Position numbers and translations under genes: made by a program
From: an uncultured Acidobacteriota bacterium
GTDB taxonomy: Bacteria; Acidobacteriota; JAQAZP01
Assembly (NCBI GenBank): GCA_963836075.1
Contig: CAWIIB010000009.1
Coordinates: 192,001-256,000, forward strand
Direction of reading: 5' to 3'
DNA length: 64,000 nt
Notes under the pieces: generated by a model
The model's database searches: none
Told to the model about the DNA's origin: nothing
The model's input: only the letters and a program-made list of their open reading frames with translations
Shown: piece after piece, positions 7,860 through 19,374 of the stretch
Layout of the letters: each line of letters opens with the position of its first letter
Numbering within the stretch: position 1 is the stretch's first letter

Positions 7860-10569
7860 TCAGCGCTTGCTGGAGCTGAACCGTGAGAGCACCTCGAGCA
7901 CCAGGGGGATGACGTAGAGGGCGGCCAGGGCCGAAATGAGGATGCCGGCGGTGAGCATGGCGCCGAAGCTGACCAGGGCGGTGTGCCGGGCCAGCATCAG
8001 CGAACCGAACCCGGCCATGGTGGTCACCGCGGCCAGGCTGATCGCCTTTCCGGTGGTGCCCACGGCCAGCGGCAGGTCGATGCCGTTGCCCTCTCCGGCC
8101 CGGTGCACCATGTGGACCCCGTAGGCCACGCCGAGGCCGAAGAGGATGGGGAAGGCCACCTGGGTGGCCATGGTCAGCTTCACCCCCAGCAGGGCCATGC
8201 CGCCCAGCAGCAGGGCCGCCATGAAGACCAGCGGAATCAGCGCCGCCAGCACCTGCCGCGGCCGCCGCAGGTCGACAAAGAGCATCAGCACCACCACGAT
8301 ACCGGCAGCCCAGGTGGACTGGGTGAAGCCGCGGCGGATCATCGGCACGGTCACCGCGTAGGTGGCGGCAAACCCGGTGACCCGGTCCGGGCGGTCCTGG
8401 TCACCAAAGACCTCCGCCGCAATCCCGCGGGTATCGGCCATCAGGCGGTTGAGAAAGACCGGGTCCCAGATCGGTTCGCTGGCAAAGGCGAGCACCGCCA
8501 TCCGCCCGCTGGCCCCCAGCAGGCGGTCACGGACACCGGGATCGAGGGTATCCATGGTGATCGGGTCGGCGGCCAGCATCTCGTCCAGCCGGACACGCAA
8601 ACGGTCCCGCTGGTCGAAGAGCTCCTCCTCGAAAGCAGCCTGGCGTGAATCCGCCCCGGGCGCGGCCAGCAGGTCGATGATCTCCATGAACCGATCGCGA
8701 AGATCGCCCACCGCCTCCACCGCTCCCGTCTGGCCGGCGGCAAAGGCGTCCTCCTCCGCTTCGTCCAGGCGTTCGATGATCCGGTCCAGCTGCCCGGCCA
8801 CCGCCCCGGGGCTCTCCAGCACCCGGCCCCCGTCAACCGGGGGCAGGAGCGCGGCGATCCCGGCCAGCAGCGGGCGTTTGGCCTCCGCCTCCTCCGGGAT
8901 GGCCGGGGCCAGCGACTCCACGTGGCTCACCGTCTCCGCCTCCAGCAGCGCCTGGTGCAGCTGCCGCACCTGGTCCATATCGTCGGCCACCACGGCGATG
9001 AACTGGTCGCTGAAGTGTGAACCCTGCTCCATCTTGTGCAGCACTTCCAGCGTCTCGCTGTCCGCGGGGAGCAGGTTGTTCAGGTTGTGGTCGAATCCCA
9101 CCCCCGGTGTTTTCCAGGCCGCCAGGGCCAGCAGCACCAGCAACAGCACCAGCGGCACCGCCGGACGGCCCAGCAGCAGGCGGGCCGACTTTTCCAGCAG
9201 GGGCGAGGCCACCTCCTTTTCCACCCGCTTCATCCCCGGAGGGAACTGGACCAGCAGCGGCGGCAGCAGCAGCACGGTGGCCAGCAGCACCGAAGCCACG
9301 CCGGTGCCGGCGACGATGCCCAGCTCGGAAAAGGCCGGCTGGTCGGTGAAGCCGATGGCCAGGAAGGCCACCACCGCGGTGATCCCACCGGTGATGATCC
9401 CCTGGCCGGCGGTGCGGAAGGTGCGGTGGATCGCCCTGGCCGGCTCGGCGCCCCGGGCGCGCTCCTCGTCGAAGCGGCGGGTGAAATAGATGCCGAAATC
9501 GATGCCCAGGCCGAAGAGGATGCCGACAAAGACCGACGAGAGGTAGTTGAGGTGGCCCACGGTGAACAGGGTCAGCGCCAGGTTCCAGATGATGCCGCAG
9601 ACCAGGGGGACGAAGACGAGGATCGTGCGGTGCAGCGAGCGGAAGGCGATGAGGAAGATGGCCAGGATGAGCACCGAGGCGATGAGCGAGACACGGGGCA
9701 GGTCGGTGACCAGCAGCGTGTAGTCCTCCTCGATGGCCGACGGCCAGCCGGTGAACCCGGCGGTGACCCCGGGAAAGGCCAGCAGCGCCTGCTCCGTCTC
9801 GCTGCGCACGTGGGCCATGAAGGGGACGATGAAGTCCGCCTCATCGGTTTTTTCGGCCTGCTGGATGAAGAGAAAGGCGGCGTGGCGGTCCTCGGAGAGC
9901 ATGTAGCCGTCACGGTCGATCCAGGAATAGGCCCCGCGCATGTCCGCGGCCAGCGCTTCGAGGGAACCGAACAGATCCGGCCCGGGCGGCGGGGCGCCGT
10001 TCTCCAGGAACTCCTGCCAGCGGTCGAGGAGGTCGATGGCCATGGAAAAGGCCGGGTGCTCGATGCTCTCCAGGCCGGTGCCGCCGGTCTCGCGCAGCAG
10101 GAGCTCCAGCAGGCCGGCCAGGTCGCGGTCGGCCAGCAGCAGCGACGTGCGTTCAGGGTCGGCGGCGATGTAAGCGTGTGTCGCCTCCAGCTGCTCGCGG
10201 GTGAGGTAGTAGAGGCCGGCGCGGCGGAACGCGTCGAGATCCACCCGGTAGAAGACGTTGCGCACCCAGCGGGGGTCGACCTGCAGCCGCCCGGCCACCG
10301 CGTCGGCAGCGGCCTTGACCTGCCCCGGATCACCCTCCAGCATGCAGACCAGCTGGGTGGGGGAGCCGAAGTCGTTCATGTAGTCGTTGAACGCCGCCTG
10401 CACCGGCAGGTCGTCACGCACCATTCCCTGTCGGGTGGTCTGGATTTCCAGGCGGGGCAGCAGAATCAGCGACACGGTGGTGAGCAGGATCGCCAGCAGG
10501 TAGACAAGGATGCGGCCCCGGGAGGATGCCAGCCGGGTCAGGGCGTCGAAAGATGTGATCGCGGAGCAT
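7860..10569 (-). CDS. MMPL/RND-family lipid transporter (HpnN/BstA-like); frameshift near 10551
   Basis: Two TM bundles with [12 protein letters not shown] and [12 protein letters not shown] motifs; TTMAGFGSL; ATG 10569 has a GGAAGGAGG RBS and joins the main frame (MLRDHIFDALTRL) if one T is removed. Confidence 0.88.
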
Positions 10570-10634
10570 CTGCGGATGGGCCTCCTTCCAGAGCCACTCC
10601 ATTGTATGTGCCGCCGGGAAAAGTGTAAACCCGG

Positions 10635-10663
10635 TTGACAGCGGGACCGGCTGGTCCTATACC
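10635..10663 (+). promoter_or_regulatory. sigma70-like promoter of secA2, probably leaderless or near-leaderless
   Basis: TTGACA-17 nt-TATACC, with the ATG 6 nt downstream. Confidence 0.55.
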
Positions 10664-10669
10664 AGAGGG

Positions 10670-13148
10670 ATGACCGACGACCCCACAGAATCCGTCCCCC
10701 TGGAGTCCCCCACCCTGCTGCAGCGGCTGCGGCGCCTGGTGGGCGGCACCGTGGAATACGACCTGCGACCCTCCGCCGGCCCCTTGGAGGCGGTGAACGC
10801 GCTGGAACCCCGACTCTCCCGGGAAGATGACCGCCGGCTGCAGGAGCGGGCCGCACAGCTCCGCCGGCGAGCCGGCGAGGGCGCCAGCCTGGACGAGCTG
10901 CTGCCGGAAACCTTTGCCCTGGCCCGCGAGGCGTCCCGCAGGCTGCTGGGTCTGCGGCCCTATGACGTACAGATCCTGGCCGGGATCGGCCTGCACCAGG
11001 GCCGGGTGGTGGAGATGCAGACCGGCGAGGGCAAGACCCTGGCCGCGGTGGCCCCGGCGGCGCTGAACGCGCTGGGGGGAAACGGCGTGCACGTGCTGAC
11101 GGTCAACGACTACCTGGCCCGCCGCGACGCCGGCTGGATGGGGCCGGTCTACGAATTTCTCGGCCTCAGCGTGGGGGTGGTGCAGGAGGGCATGAGACCT
11201 CGAGCAGCGGCGCCGGGCCTATGGCTGCGACGTGACCTACCTCACCGCCCGGGAGGCGGGCTTCGACCACCTGCGCGGTTTTCTCGCGCTCGACACCGGA
11301 CGAGCTGGTGCAGCGTCCCTTCCACTACGCCGTGGTGGACGAGGCCGACTCGATCCTCATCGACGAAGCGCGGATCCCGCTGGTCATCGCCGGTGACGCG
11401 GCCGTGGCCCCGGGTGGGCCTGGAGCGCTGGCCCGCATCGCCCGCCGGCTGAAGCTGGATACCGACTTCCAGACCGACGAATACGAGCGCAACATCAGCC
11501 TCAGCGGGGCCGGCGCCCGCCGGGCGGAGGAGATCCTCGGCTGCGGCAACCTCTACGACGAGGAACAGACCGAACTGCTGGCCGGCCTGACCAACGCCCT
11601 GCACGCCGAGCACTTCCTGCGCCGGGACGTGGACTACATCGTCCGGCAGGGCAAGGTGGAACTGGTGGACGAGTTCACCGGCCGGGTGGCCGAACGGCGG
11701 CAGTGGCCCCACGGCCTGCAGGCGGCCATCGAGGCCAAGGAGAAGGTGCGCCTGATGCCCGAGGGCCGGATCCTCGGCTCCATGACCCTGCAGCACTTCA
11801 TCCAGTCCTACCCCCGGCTGAGCGGGATGACGGCCACCGCCCAGACCTCGGCCGACGAGCTGAAACGGGTCTACGGCCTGGAGGTGCTGGTGGTCCCCAC
11901 CCACCGGCCCTGTATCCGCGAGGACCACCCCGACCTGGTCTTCACCCACCGTCGCGGCCAAGGAACAGGCGCTGATCGCGGAGATCGCCGCAGAGCACGG
12001 CACCGGCCGGCCGGTGCTGGTGGGCACGGCCAGCGTGGCCGAGTCGGAACGGCTGGCCGGCAGACTGCTGGAGGAGGGGATCTCCTGCCGGGTGCTCAAC
12101 GCCAAGAACGACGAGCAGGAGGCGGCAGTGGTGGCCGAGGCCGGCGCCCCCGGGGCGGTGACCATCTCCACCAACATGGCCGGCCGGGGCGTGGACATCC
12201 GTCTGGGCGGCAGGGATGAGGCGCACCACGACGAGGTGGCCGCCCTGGGCGGTCTCTATGTCATCGGCACCAACCGCCACGAGAGCCTGCGGGTGGACCG
12301 GCAGCTCCGCGGCCGCGCCGGGCGCCAGGGGGATCCCGGTTCCTCGCGGTTCTTCATCTCCCTCGAGGACGACCTGATCCAGCGCTTCGGGGTCAAGAAC
12401 CTGATCCCCGCGGGCCAGGTCCCCGCAACCGCAGGACGAGCCGCTGGAGAGCCGGGTGATCCGGCGGGAGATCGACCGGGCCCAGCGGATCGTGGAAGGC
12501 CAGAACGTGGATACCCGCAAGACCCTCTGGAAATACGCCCAGGTGATCGAGACACAGCGGCGCTACCTCCAGGACTGGCGCCAGACACTGCTCCACGGCC
12601 GGGAACAGCCGGGGCTGCTGGCCGAACAGTGCCCGGAAAAGTGGAACCGGCTGCTGCCGCTGGTGGGGGGCGACGTGCTGGCCGGGGTGGAGCGGAAGCT
12701 CACCCTGCTGGTCACCGACCGCTGCTGGAGCGGCTACCTGGCCGAGATGACCAGGGTCCGCGACGGGATCCACCTGGCCTCCCTGGGAGCGAAAGATCCC
12801 TACACCGAGTATCACCGCGAGGCCCGGGACGCCTTTCCCCTGCTGCTGGAGCAGGTCGACCGCGAGGTGGTCGAGACCTTCCTGCGGGTGGAGGTGTCCA
12901 GCGATGGTGTGGACTGGGCCGCGGAGGGACTGCTGGGCCCCTCCTCCACCTGGACCTACCTGGTCACCGACCAGCCGTTCAAGACCGGGCTCTTCGGCAG
13001 CCTGGCCGGCCGCCCCTCCGCCGGAATCTATGCCGCGGCCATCTTCGGGCCGCTGCTGGCCGTGGCCATGGTCATCCGGGCCTGGCAGCTGCGCCGGCGC
13101 AACAAGGCCCGGGCCCGGGCGGAGCAAGCCGCCGAAGATGGCGACTGA
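10670..13148 (+). CDS. secA2: Accessory SecA translocase (SecA2-type); about 4 frameshifts (~11200, 11280, 11950, 12420)
   Basis: [48 protein letters not shown] and [18 protein letters not shown] motifs spread over four ORFs; short overall length; hydrophobic C-terminal tail instead of a Zn-finger. Confidence 0.85.
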
Positions 13149-13253
13149 ATTCACGAAATCCTCACACTGGCCGGCTTTCTCTCCGGGTTATGCTCTGATA
13201 GGGTAAACGGAGTCTGCTATCTGAATCAGAAACCTCTGGGGAGTGATGGACCG

Positions 13254-13697
<444 letters not shown>

Positions 13698-13699
13698 CC

Positions 13700-14892
13700 A
13701 TGGCCACCGAAGCCTGCATCACCAAGACGCCCAAGGGGCTGGGGTTCTTTGAAAAATATCTCACCGTCTGGGTGGTGCTCTGCATCCTGGCCGGTATCCT
13801 TCTCGGCAAGACCGCTCCCGAGGCCGCCGTCTTCCTCGACGGCCTGGCCATCTACGGTCCACGGTGCGCCGGTGGTCTCCATCCCCATCGCCATCTGTCT
13901 CTTCTTCATGATGTACCCGATCATGGTCAAAATCGACTTCACCGAGGTGCTCCGGGCGGGCAGGAACTTCAAACCGGTGAGCCTGACCCTGATCGTCAAC
14001 TGGCTGATCAAACCGTTCACCATGTACGCCATCTCGATCTTCTTCCTCGGCACGCTCTTTCTCGGATTCATCGGCCCCGAAGCCACCGACCTGGTGAAGA
14101 TGCCGCTGGGCCTGGACCTGCCGGTGGGCGAGAGCCACGGTGTGGGCACGGTGGTGATGCAGGACGGGGTGAAGATGCTGGAGGTGCCGCTGTGGCGCAG
14201 CTACCTCGCCGGCTGCATCCTGCTGGGCATCGCCCCCTGCACGGCCATGGTGCTGGTCTGGGGCTTTCTGGCCCGGGGCAACGACGGCCACACCCTGGTG
14301 ATGGTGGCCATCAACTCGCTGGCCATGCTCTTTCTCTTCGGCCCGCTGGGCGGCTTCCTGCTCGGCGTGGGCCGGCTGCCGGTGCCCTGGCAGGCGCTGC
14401 TGCTGTCCATCGGCATCTACGTCGCCCTGCCCCTGGTGGCCGGGTATCTCTCGCGCAAGTGGCTGATCGGCCACAAAGGGCGAGACCTGGTTCAACGAGA
14501 AGTTTCTGCACGTTCTCACCCCGGTGACCATCATCGCCCTGCTGCTGACCCTGGTGCTGCTCTTCTCCTTCAAGGGCGAGGTGATCCTGGCCAACCCGCT
14601 GACCATTCTCTGGATCGCCATCCCGCTCTTCCTCCAGACGGTCTTCATCTTTGGCCTGACCTACCTCGGGGCCAGGCTGATGAAGCTGGAATACGTCGAT
14701 GCCGCCCCGTCGGCGATGATCGGCGCCTCGAACCACTTCGAGGTGGCCATCGCCACATCCACCATGCTTTTCGGCCTCTCCTCGGGAGCGGCCCTGGCCA
14801 CGGTGGTGGGGGTGCTGATCGAGGTGCCGGTGATGCTGATGCTGGTCAGGTTCTGCCTCCGCACCCAGGGCTGGTTCGGCCGCGCCTCTTAG
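13700..14892 (+). CDS. acr3: ACR3-family arsenite efflux transporter; frameshifts near 13858 and 14478
   Basis: [40 protein letters not shown] and [20 protein letters not shown] motifs. Confidence 0.92.
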
Positions 14893-14905
14893 CCGGTCGC
14901 GGCCA

Positions 14906-14973
14906 GAATCGATCTGTTCAGCGGGACAGAGAGCGGGGATTTCTTGACACCGGGAAAGGAAATAACTATACAT
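14906..14973 (+). repeat. ~70-bp repeat (left copy) containing a sigma70-like promoter; inverted copy at 16839-16908
   Basis: GAATCGATC..CAGAGAGCGGGG..TTGACACCGGGAAAGGAAATAACTATACAT; TTGACA-17 nt-TATACA, ATG at 14980. Confidence 0.8.
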
Positions 14974-14979
14974 CAACTC

Positions 14980-16818
14980 ATGAGACCATCCGCCCAGTGC
15001 GTGTTGCTCACCTTCGCCCTGTCGCTCTCCTCCGCCGCCGGCGCAGGTTCGCTGCACCCCGGCCTGGAGAACTACCTGTCGGGCCTGCCTGCCCACCGGG
15101 TGGAGATGGTGATCGTGCGCCTCGCCGACCAGGCCGATATCCGTTCGCTCAACAGCCAGTTGAAACAGGAGAAGGCCACGCTGGCCCGACGCCACCGCGA
15201 GGTGGTCGAACACCTGCGAGGGACCGCTGAAGCCACCCAGGGCCGGTTGGTCGCCTACCTCGAGCAGCGATTCCTCGCCGGCGAGGTGCGCGGCTTCCGC
15301 CGCTTCTGGATTGACAACATGGTGGGCGTCGAGGCCACCGTGAGGGAGATCCGAGAGATCGCCCGCCGGCCCGACGTGGAGATGGTCTACATCGACTACA
15401 TCATCGAGCCGATCGAGCCGGAGAAGATCGAAGGGCCTAAGACGCTGGAGGGCCCGGGGCGGCAGGACGGCGACGCCGCGCGGACCGTTGAGCCGGGCAT
15501 CTCCGCGATCAGGGCGCCCGAGGCCTGGGCCCTGGGCTACACAGGCGCCGGCCGGCTGATCGCCAACATGGACACCGGCGTGGACGGCAGCCACGAGGCG
15601 CTGGCCTCCCGCTGGCGCGGGCTCGGCGAGCCGGCTGCGGAGTGCTGGTTCGACCCGGTGACCTCCACCACCTTCCCCTTCGACTCCGGTTCCCACGGTA
15701 CGCACACCATGGGTACCAGCTGCGGCCACACCGCTTCAAACGAGATCGGCGTGGCCCGGGACGCGCAGTGGATCGCCGCCGCTGTGATCAACCGGGTGGA
15801 CATCCCGACGACAATGACCGATGCGGTGGCCGCCTTCCAGTGGTTCGCCGACCCGGACGGCGACCCGGGGTCCATTGACGACGTGCCCGACGCGGTGGGC
15901 AACTCCTGGGGCATCAGCCCGATCTACCACGGGTCGTATATCACCGGTCCCTGTGACGAGACCTTCTGGGCGGTGATGGACAACTGCGAGGCCGCCGGCT
16001 GCGCGGTGATCTTCTCCGCCGGCGGCGGGGGGCCCGGCGCCTCCACGCTCAGCACCCCGGCCGACCGGGCGGACAGCCCGTACAATGCCTTCGCCGTGGG
16101 CGCGGTGGACGCGACCTATTCCGGCTTCCCCTACCCCGTGGCCGGCTTCTCCAGCCGCGGCCCCGGCTGCAACGACCGGATCAAGCCCGAGGTGGTGGCG
16201 CCGGGCGTCGCCGTGCGCAGCTCGGTGCCGGGCAACGGCTACTCCGTGTACAGCGGCACCTCGATGGCCACGCCGCACGTCACCGGCTCCATCGCCGTGC
16301 TGCGCCAGGTCGACCCCAACCTGGACGTGGAAACGATGAAGGAGATCCTGCTCGCCACCGCCGTGGACCTCGGCCCTGCCGGGGAGGACAACGCATACGG
16401 CATGGGGATCATCGACCTCGAAGCGGCGGTGCTTGCCGCCGCCCAGGCCACCGGGACCATTGCGGTGGGCATCAACTGCCTGCCGGACAGCGGCACCCTG
16501 CCCTTCGGCACCCAGATCACCGTCTCCCTGGACAACCTGGTGGGCGACCCGCGCAGGGTTTCGGCCCGGCTGGCGCTGACCCTGGCCGGCGGCGCCCATT
16601 TCGGCAGCTTCCGCTCGGGGTATGCCAACCTTCCACCCCACGGAAACCATACCGCCCAGTGGAACCAGTATCTCCCGGCGATGGGCCCCCTGGCGGGGCC
16701 CAACGTCTTCACCCTCACCGGCCACGACGTGACGCCGGCGCCTTACAACCAGCCGCCCTACGCGCCCTCCGGCGACTGCGACGCCGGCAGCGCCACGGTG
16801 ACCGGCATCGCTCCGTAG
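14980..16818 (+). CDS. Secreted S8 (subtilisin/bacillopeptidase F-like) serine protease with C-terminal NQPP domain
   Basis: Signal peptide, I9-like prodomain, DTGVD / HGTHTMG / GTSMATPH triad; last ~120 aa is the shared C-terminal domain. Confidence 0.9.
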   Translation: MRPSAQCVLLTFALSLSSAAGAGSLHPGLENYLSGLPAHRVEMVIVRLADQADIRSLNSQLKQEKATLARRHREVVEHLRGTAEATQGRLVAYLEQRFLAGEVRGFRRFWIDNMVGVEATVREIREIARRPDVEMVYIDYIIEPIEPEKIEGPKTLEGPGRQDGDAARTVEPGISAIRAPEAWALGYTGAGRLIANMDTGVDGSHEALASRWRGLGEPAAECWFDPVTSTTFPFDSGSHGTHTMGTSCGHTASNEIGVARDAQWIAAAVINRVDIPTTMTDAVAAFQWFADPDGDPGSIDDVPDAVGNSWGISPIYHGSYITGPCDETFWAVMDNCEAAGCAVIFSAGGGGPGASTLSTPADRADSPYNAFAVGAVDATYSGFPYPVAGFSSRGPGCNDRIKPEVVAPGVAVRSSVPGNGYSVYSGTSMATPHVTGSIAVLRQVDPNLDVETMKEILLATAVDLGPAGEDNAYGMGIIDLEAAVLAAAQATGTIAVGINCLPDSGTLPFGTQITVSLDNLVGDPRRVSARLALTLAGGAHFGSFRSGYANLPPHGNHTAQWNQYLPAMGPLAGPNVFTLTGHDVTPAPYNQPPYAPSGDCDAGSATVTGIAP

Positions 16819-16838
16819 ATACATTCTCGTCCATACCC

Positions 16839-17320
16839 ATGTATAGGCATTTCCTTTCCCGGTGTCGAGAATTCCCCCCGCTCTCTGGCCTGCTGTGCGG
16901 ATCGATTCCCGTTGCTGCTTCTCCGGGCACCCGCCTTTCCGGGTCAATCCACGGTCGCATGAGGTCATTCTGACGATTCACCACCGACGAACCTCTCTTC
17001 GGGACGCACGCCGCCCCCTGCTGTCCGCCACCGTCCTCGGGCCTCAGGCCGGCTCCCACTCGTCCCAGCCGGGCGGCACCTGCGAATACTTCTCTTCTTC
17101 CTGGCACGGCGCGGTATGATCATTCCGCTCACACCCCACGGCCCACCCCGGCGGCCCGTGGGCCCGGGGAACGACTTTGCTCACCCCCAGCTACACGAGG
17201 ATACGGCGAATCACCGCGAACTGCGCCGTTGAGATGAACGAGATGACCTTCATCTCGCCCCCGCAGGGCTCGCAGCGCGGGGGTCCACATCGAACATCAG
17301 GCAGATCAGCTCCGCTCGGC
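16839..17320 (-). mobile_element. Degenerate IS91/ISCR-family element: transposase C-terminal remnant plus ori-like end
   Basis: RAELICLMFDVDP / RCEPCGGEMKVISFI..VIRRILV*LG..PRAHGPP resembles the IS91-family C-terminal consensus (WAxLIxxVYEVDPLxCPxCGGEMxxIxFI..VIxxILxHLG..RxPP), with a frameshift and a stop; ends in GAAATGCCTATAC, similar to oriIS ends. Confidence 0.65.
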
Positions 17321-17522
17321 CACCTTACCGCATCTCGGCCCTGAGCCCCGAGAACGCGCGGGTGGGCATCACCGGCCGTACCGAGGAAACGGGCCCCCAG
17401 CCGGATGCGGGGGGCCCGGTCGGATAGAGCGGCCTGGAAACCGGCCGCCCGGAGAGTTTTCGTGTCGATCGCACGGCAGGCGCCCCGGGGCTGAGGGGGT
17501 AGCCCGGCCCCGGGGCCCGGCG

Positions 17523-18710
17523 TCAAGGAGCCATGGCGGTTACCGTGCACGCGTCAGCGGCGGTGTCGCCCGAAGGCGGGTAGGGCGGCTGATTGAACGG
17601 TGACGGGGTGACGTCCTCGGCCATCAGCTCGAACTGGTTGTCCCCGATCACCGAGCCGAGCGCCGGTATGGTAACCGGGAACATGGTGTCGTAGCTGCCG
17701 CCGGCTGCGATGTTGGTGGACCCGGCCCTCCAGTTCAGGAACTGGCTGCCCGCCGCCAGGCTGATGTCGATCCGGGCGGCCACCCGGCGGACCTGCTGGT
17801 CGTACAGGTTGTCCAGCGCCACGGTCATCTGCGTGGTGAACGGGACGGTACCCGTGGCGGGCGAGCAGGAGAGGCTCGCACCGATGAGCGCGGCGGTGCC
17901 GCCGCAGGGCACGTTGCCGAGCCGCCAGAGGACACCACCCGTCCCCGCTACCCAGGCCTCACCGGCGTCGCAGCGGAGCCCGACACCGCTGATGGAGGAC
18001 ACCTCGGTGGGGAGCGCGTGCAGCTGGACGAAGTCGCCCTCCGGCGTGAACTCGCCCATGCCGTCCTCGGAGCTGCTGACGAGGAAAAGGTTGCCCGTCG
18101 CGGTCGACACGTCGATGTCGCCGTAGTACACGCTGAAGGTGGCCGTGGTCTGGAAGGTCGACAGCACGGCGCCCGTGACCGGGTCGATCTCCGCCACCCG
18201 GTTCTCGTCGTCGGTGCCGGGCACGTTGTCCTGGACGAGGAAGAATGTGCCACGGAGGGGGTGGTATGCGCCGCCCACCACGTGGCTGATGCCGAACTCG
18301 GTGACGAGCGTGGCGAGGACGTCGCCGGTGACCGTGTCCAGGGCGTAGATCTCCGCCACGTCCGTCTCGCCGTTGATGAACAGCAGCGATCCGGCGGGGA
18401 CGGCGCTGTCGCCCATGATGAACGCCTCGGGCGCCACATCCAGGTCCACGTCGTTGGCCGACTCTCCCGGGCGGGCGATGGAGGTGAGGTATGTGCCGTC
18501 CGGAGCGTAGCCGTGCACCAGGTCGCCGCCGCAGCCGTACGCCCAGACGGTCTCGGCGGTCTGGCCGGCCGCAACACTGCATAGGCTGCTGACCTCCGCA
18601 GGGTTGAAGCTGTCCAGGACGGTGATTTGCGCTGATGCGGGGATGGTCAAAACGGCGGTTGCGAGAACCAGGCCGAGGGCCAGGGTGAAACGGGCTCGAT
18701 GACGGGTCAT
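17523..18710 (-). CDS. Secreted protein with probable beta-propeller domain and C-terminal NQPP domain
   Basis: GAGGAG RBS, signal peptide ending ASA-Q, beta-rich acidic domain; ends NWRAG..DVTPSPFNQPPYPPSGD..CTV. Confidence 0.8.
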   Translation of the reverse strand: MTRHRARFTLALGLVLATAVLTIPASAQITVLDSFNPAEVSSLCSVAAGQTAETVWAYGCGGDLVHGYAPDGTYLTSIARPGESANDVDLDVAPEAFIMGDSAVPAGSLLFINGETDVAEIYALDTVTGDVLATLVTEFGISHVVGGAYHPLRGTFFLVQDNVPGTDDENRVAEIDPVTGAVLSTFQTTATFSVYYGDIDVSTATGNLFLVSSSEDGMGEFTPEGDFVQLHALPTEVSSISGVGLRCDAGEAWVAGTGGVLWRLGNVPCGGTAALIGASLSCSPATGTVPFTTQMTVALDNLYDQQVRRVAARIDISLAAGSQFLNWRAGSTNIAAGGSYDTMFPVTIPALGSVIGDNQFELMAEDVTPSPFNQPPYPPSGDTAADACTVTAMAP

Positions 18711-18829
18711 GACGGATCTCCTCGTGAAGCGGCGGGAACGCCCTGCCCCGTTCCACGGAAATGCTAACGGGCCGGCTCCCTCGCAAGAGTGTCGGATTGC
18801 GGCAAAAATATCGTACGAGAAAGAAACAA

Positions 18830-18846
18830 TCGATAAATATTATCGA
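18830..18846. promoter_or_regulatory. Perfect 7-3-7 palindrome, candidate operator
   Basis: TCGATAA-ATA-TTATCGA in an AT-rich patch ~120 bp upstream of the 18710 start. Confidence 0.45.
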
Positions 18847-19374
18847 CATTTCGGTCGGCACTTTGCCGCCCTGGTCGAGCGGCGCGGATCGGCGGAACGA
18901 GCCTAATTCACGGCTCTCAAGGATCCCCGGCGCCCGGGACGCGCGCCGGAGCCCGTGGCGGAAAGGCGCCGCGCCGAACGGGAGAACGGTCGGCCCCCCG
19001 ACGCACGGGGGGCGGGTTTCGGCGAAATCGTGACACCGCGCCGGCGATCGTGCCGCCCCGCCCGATTCTTCGTGGACAACCTGCCCATAGCGCGGACCGC
19101 CAGGTGCAGGTCGGTCCGCTCCGGCCGCCGAGGTCGGTAAATGCTCGTTGCGGCCTGGTCCACTTGGGACCAGGAGGAGCAAAATCGGGGCCGGAGGTCA
19201 GCGGATGAGGAAAAAGGGAATTCAGGGATACGGACGGCAAGTGCGGTTGCCGGCAAAGTAACCCGTGAATGTCAGCTTACCTACGAGACACCTATATGAC
19301 TAAGTGCTGCTTCGACAAGGCGCTCCGAACGAGCAGGAAACTGAAGAAGGAAGCGTTGAAAAGAGGACAGGTAG

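Noticed and set aside
7860-10856. MMPL start at 10856 as given in the ORF track
   Set aside because: It would overlap secA2 and its promoter; the RBS-backed ATG at 10569 plus a one-base indel explains the N-terminus
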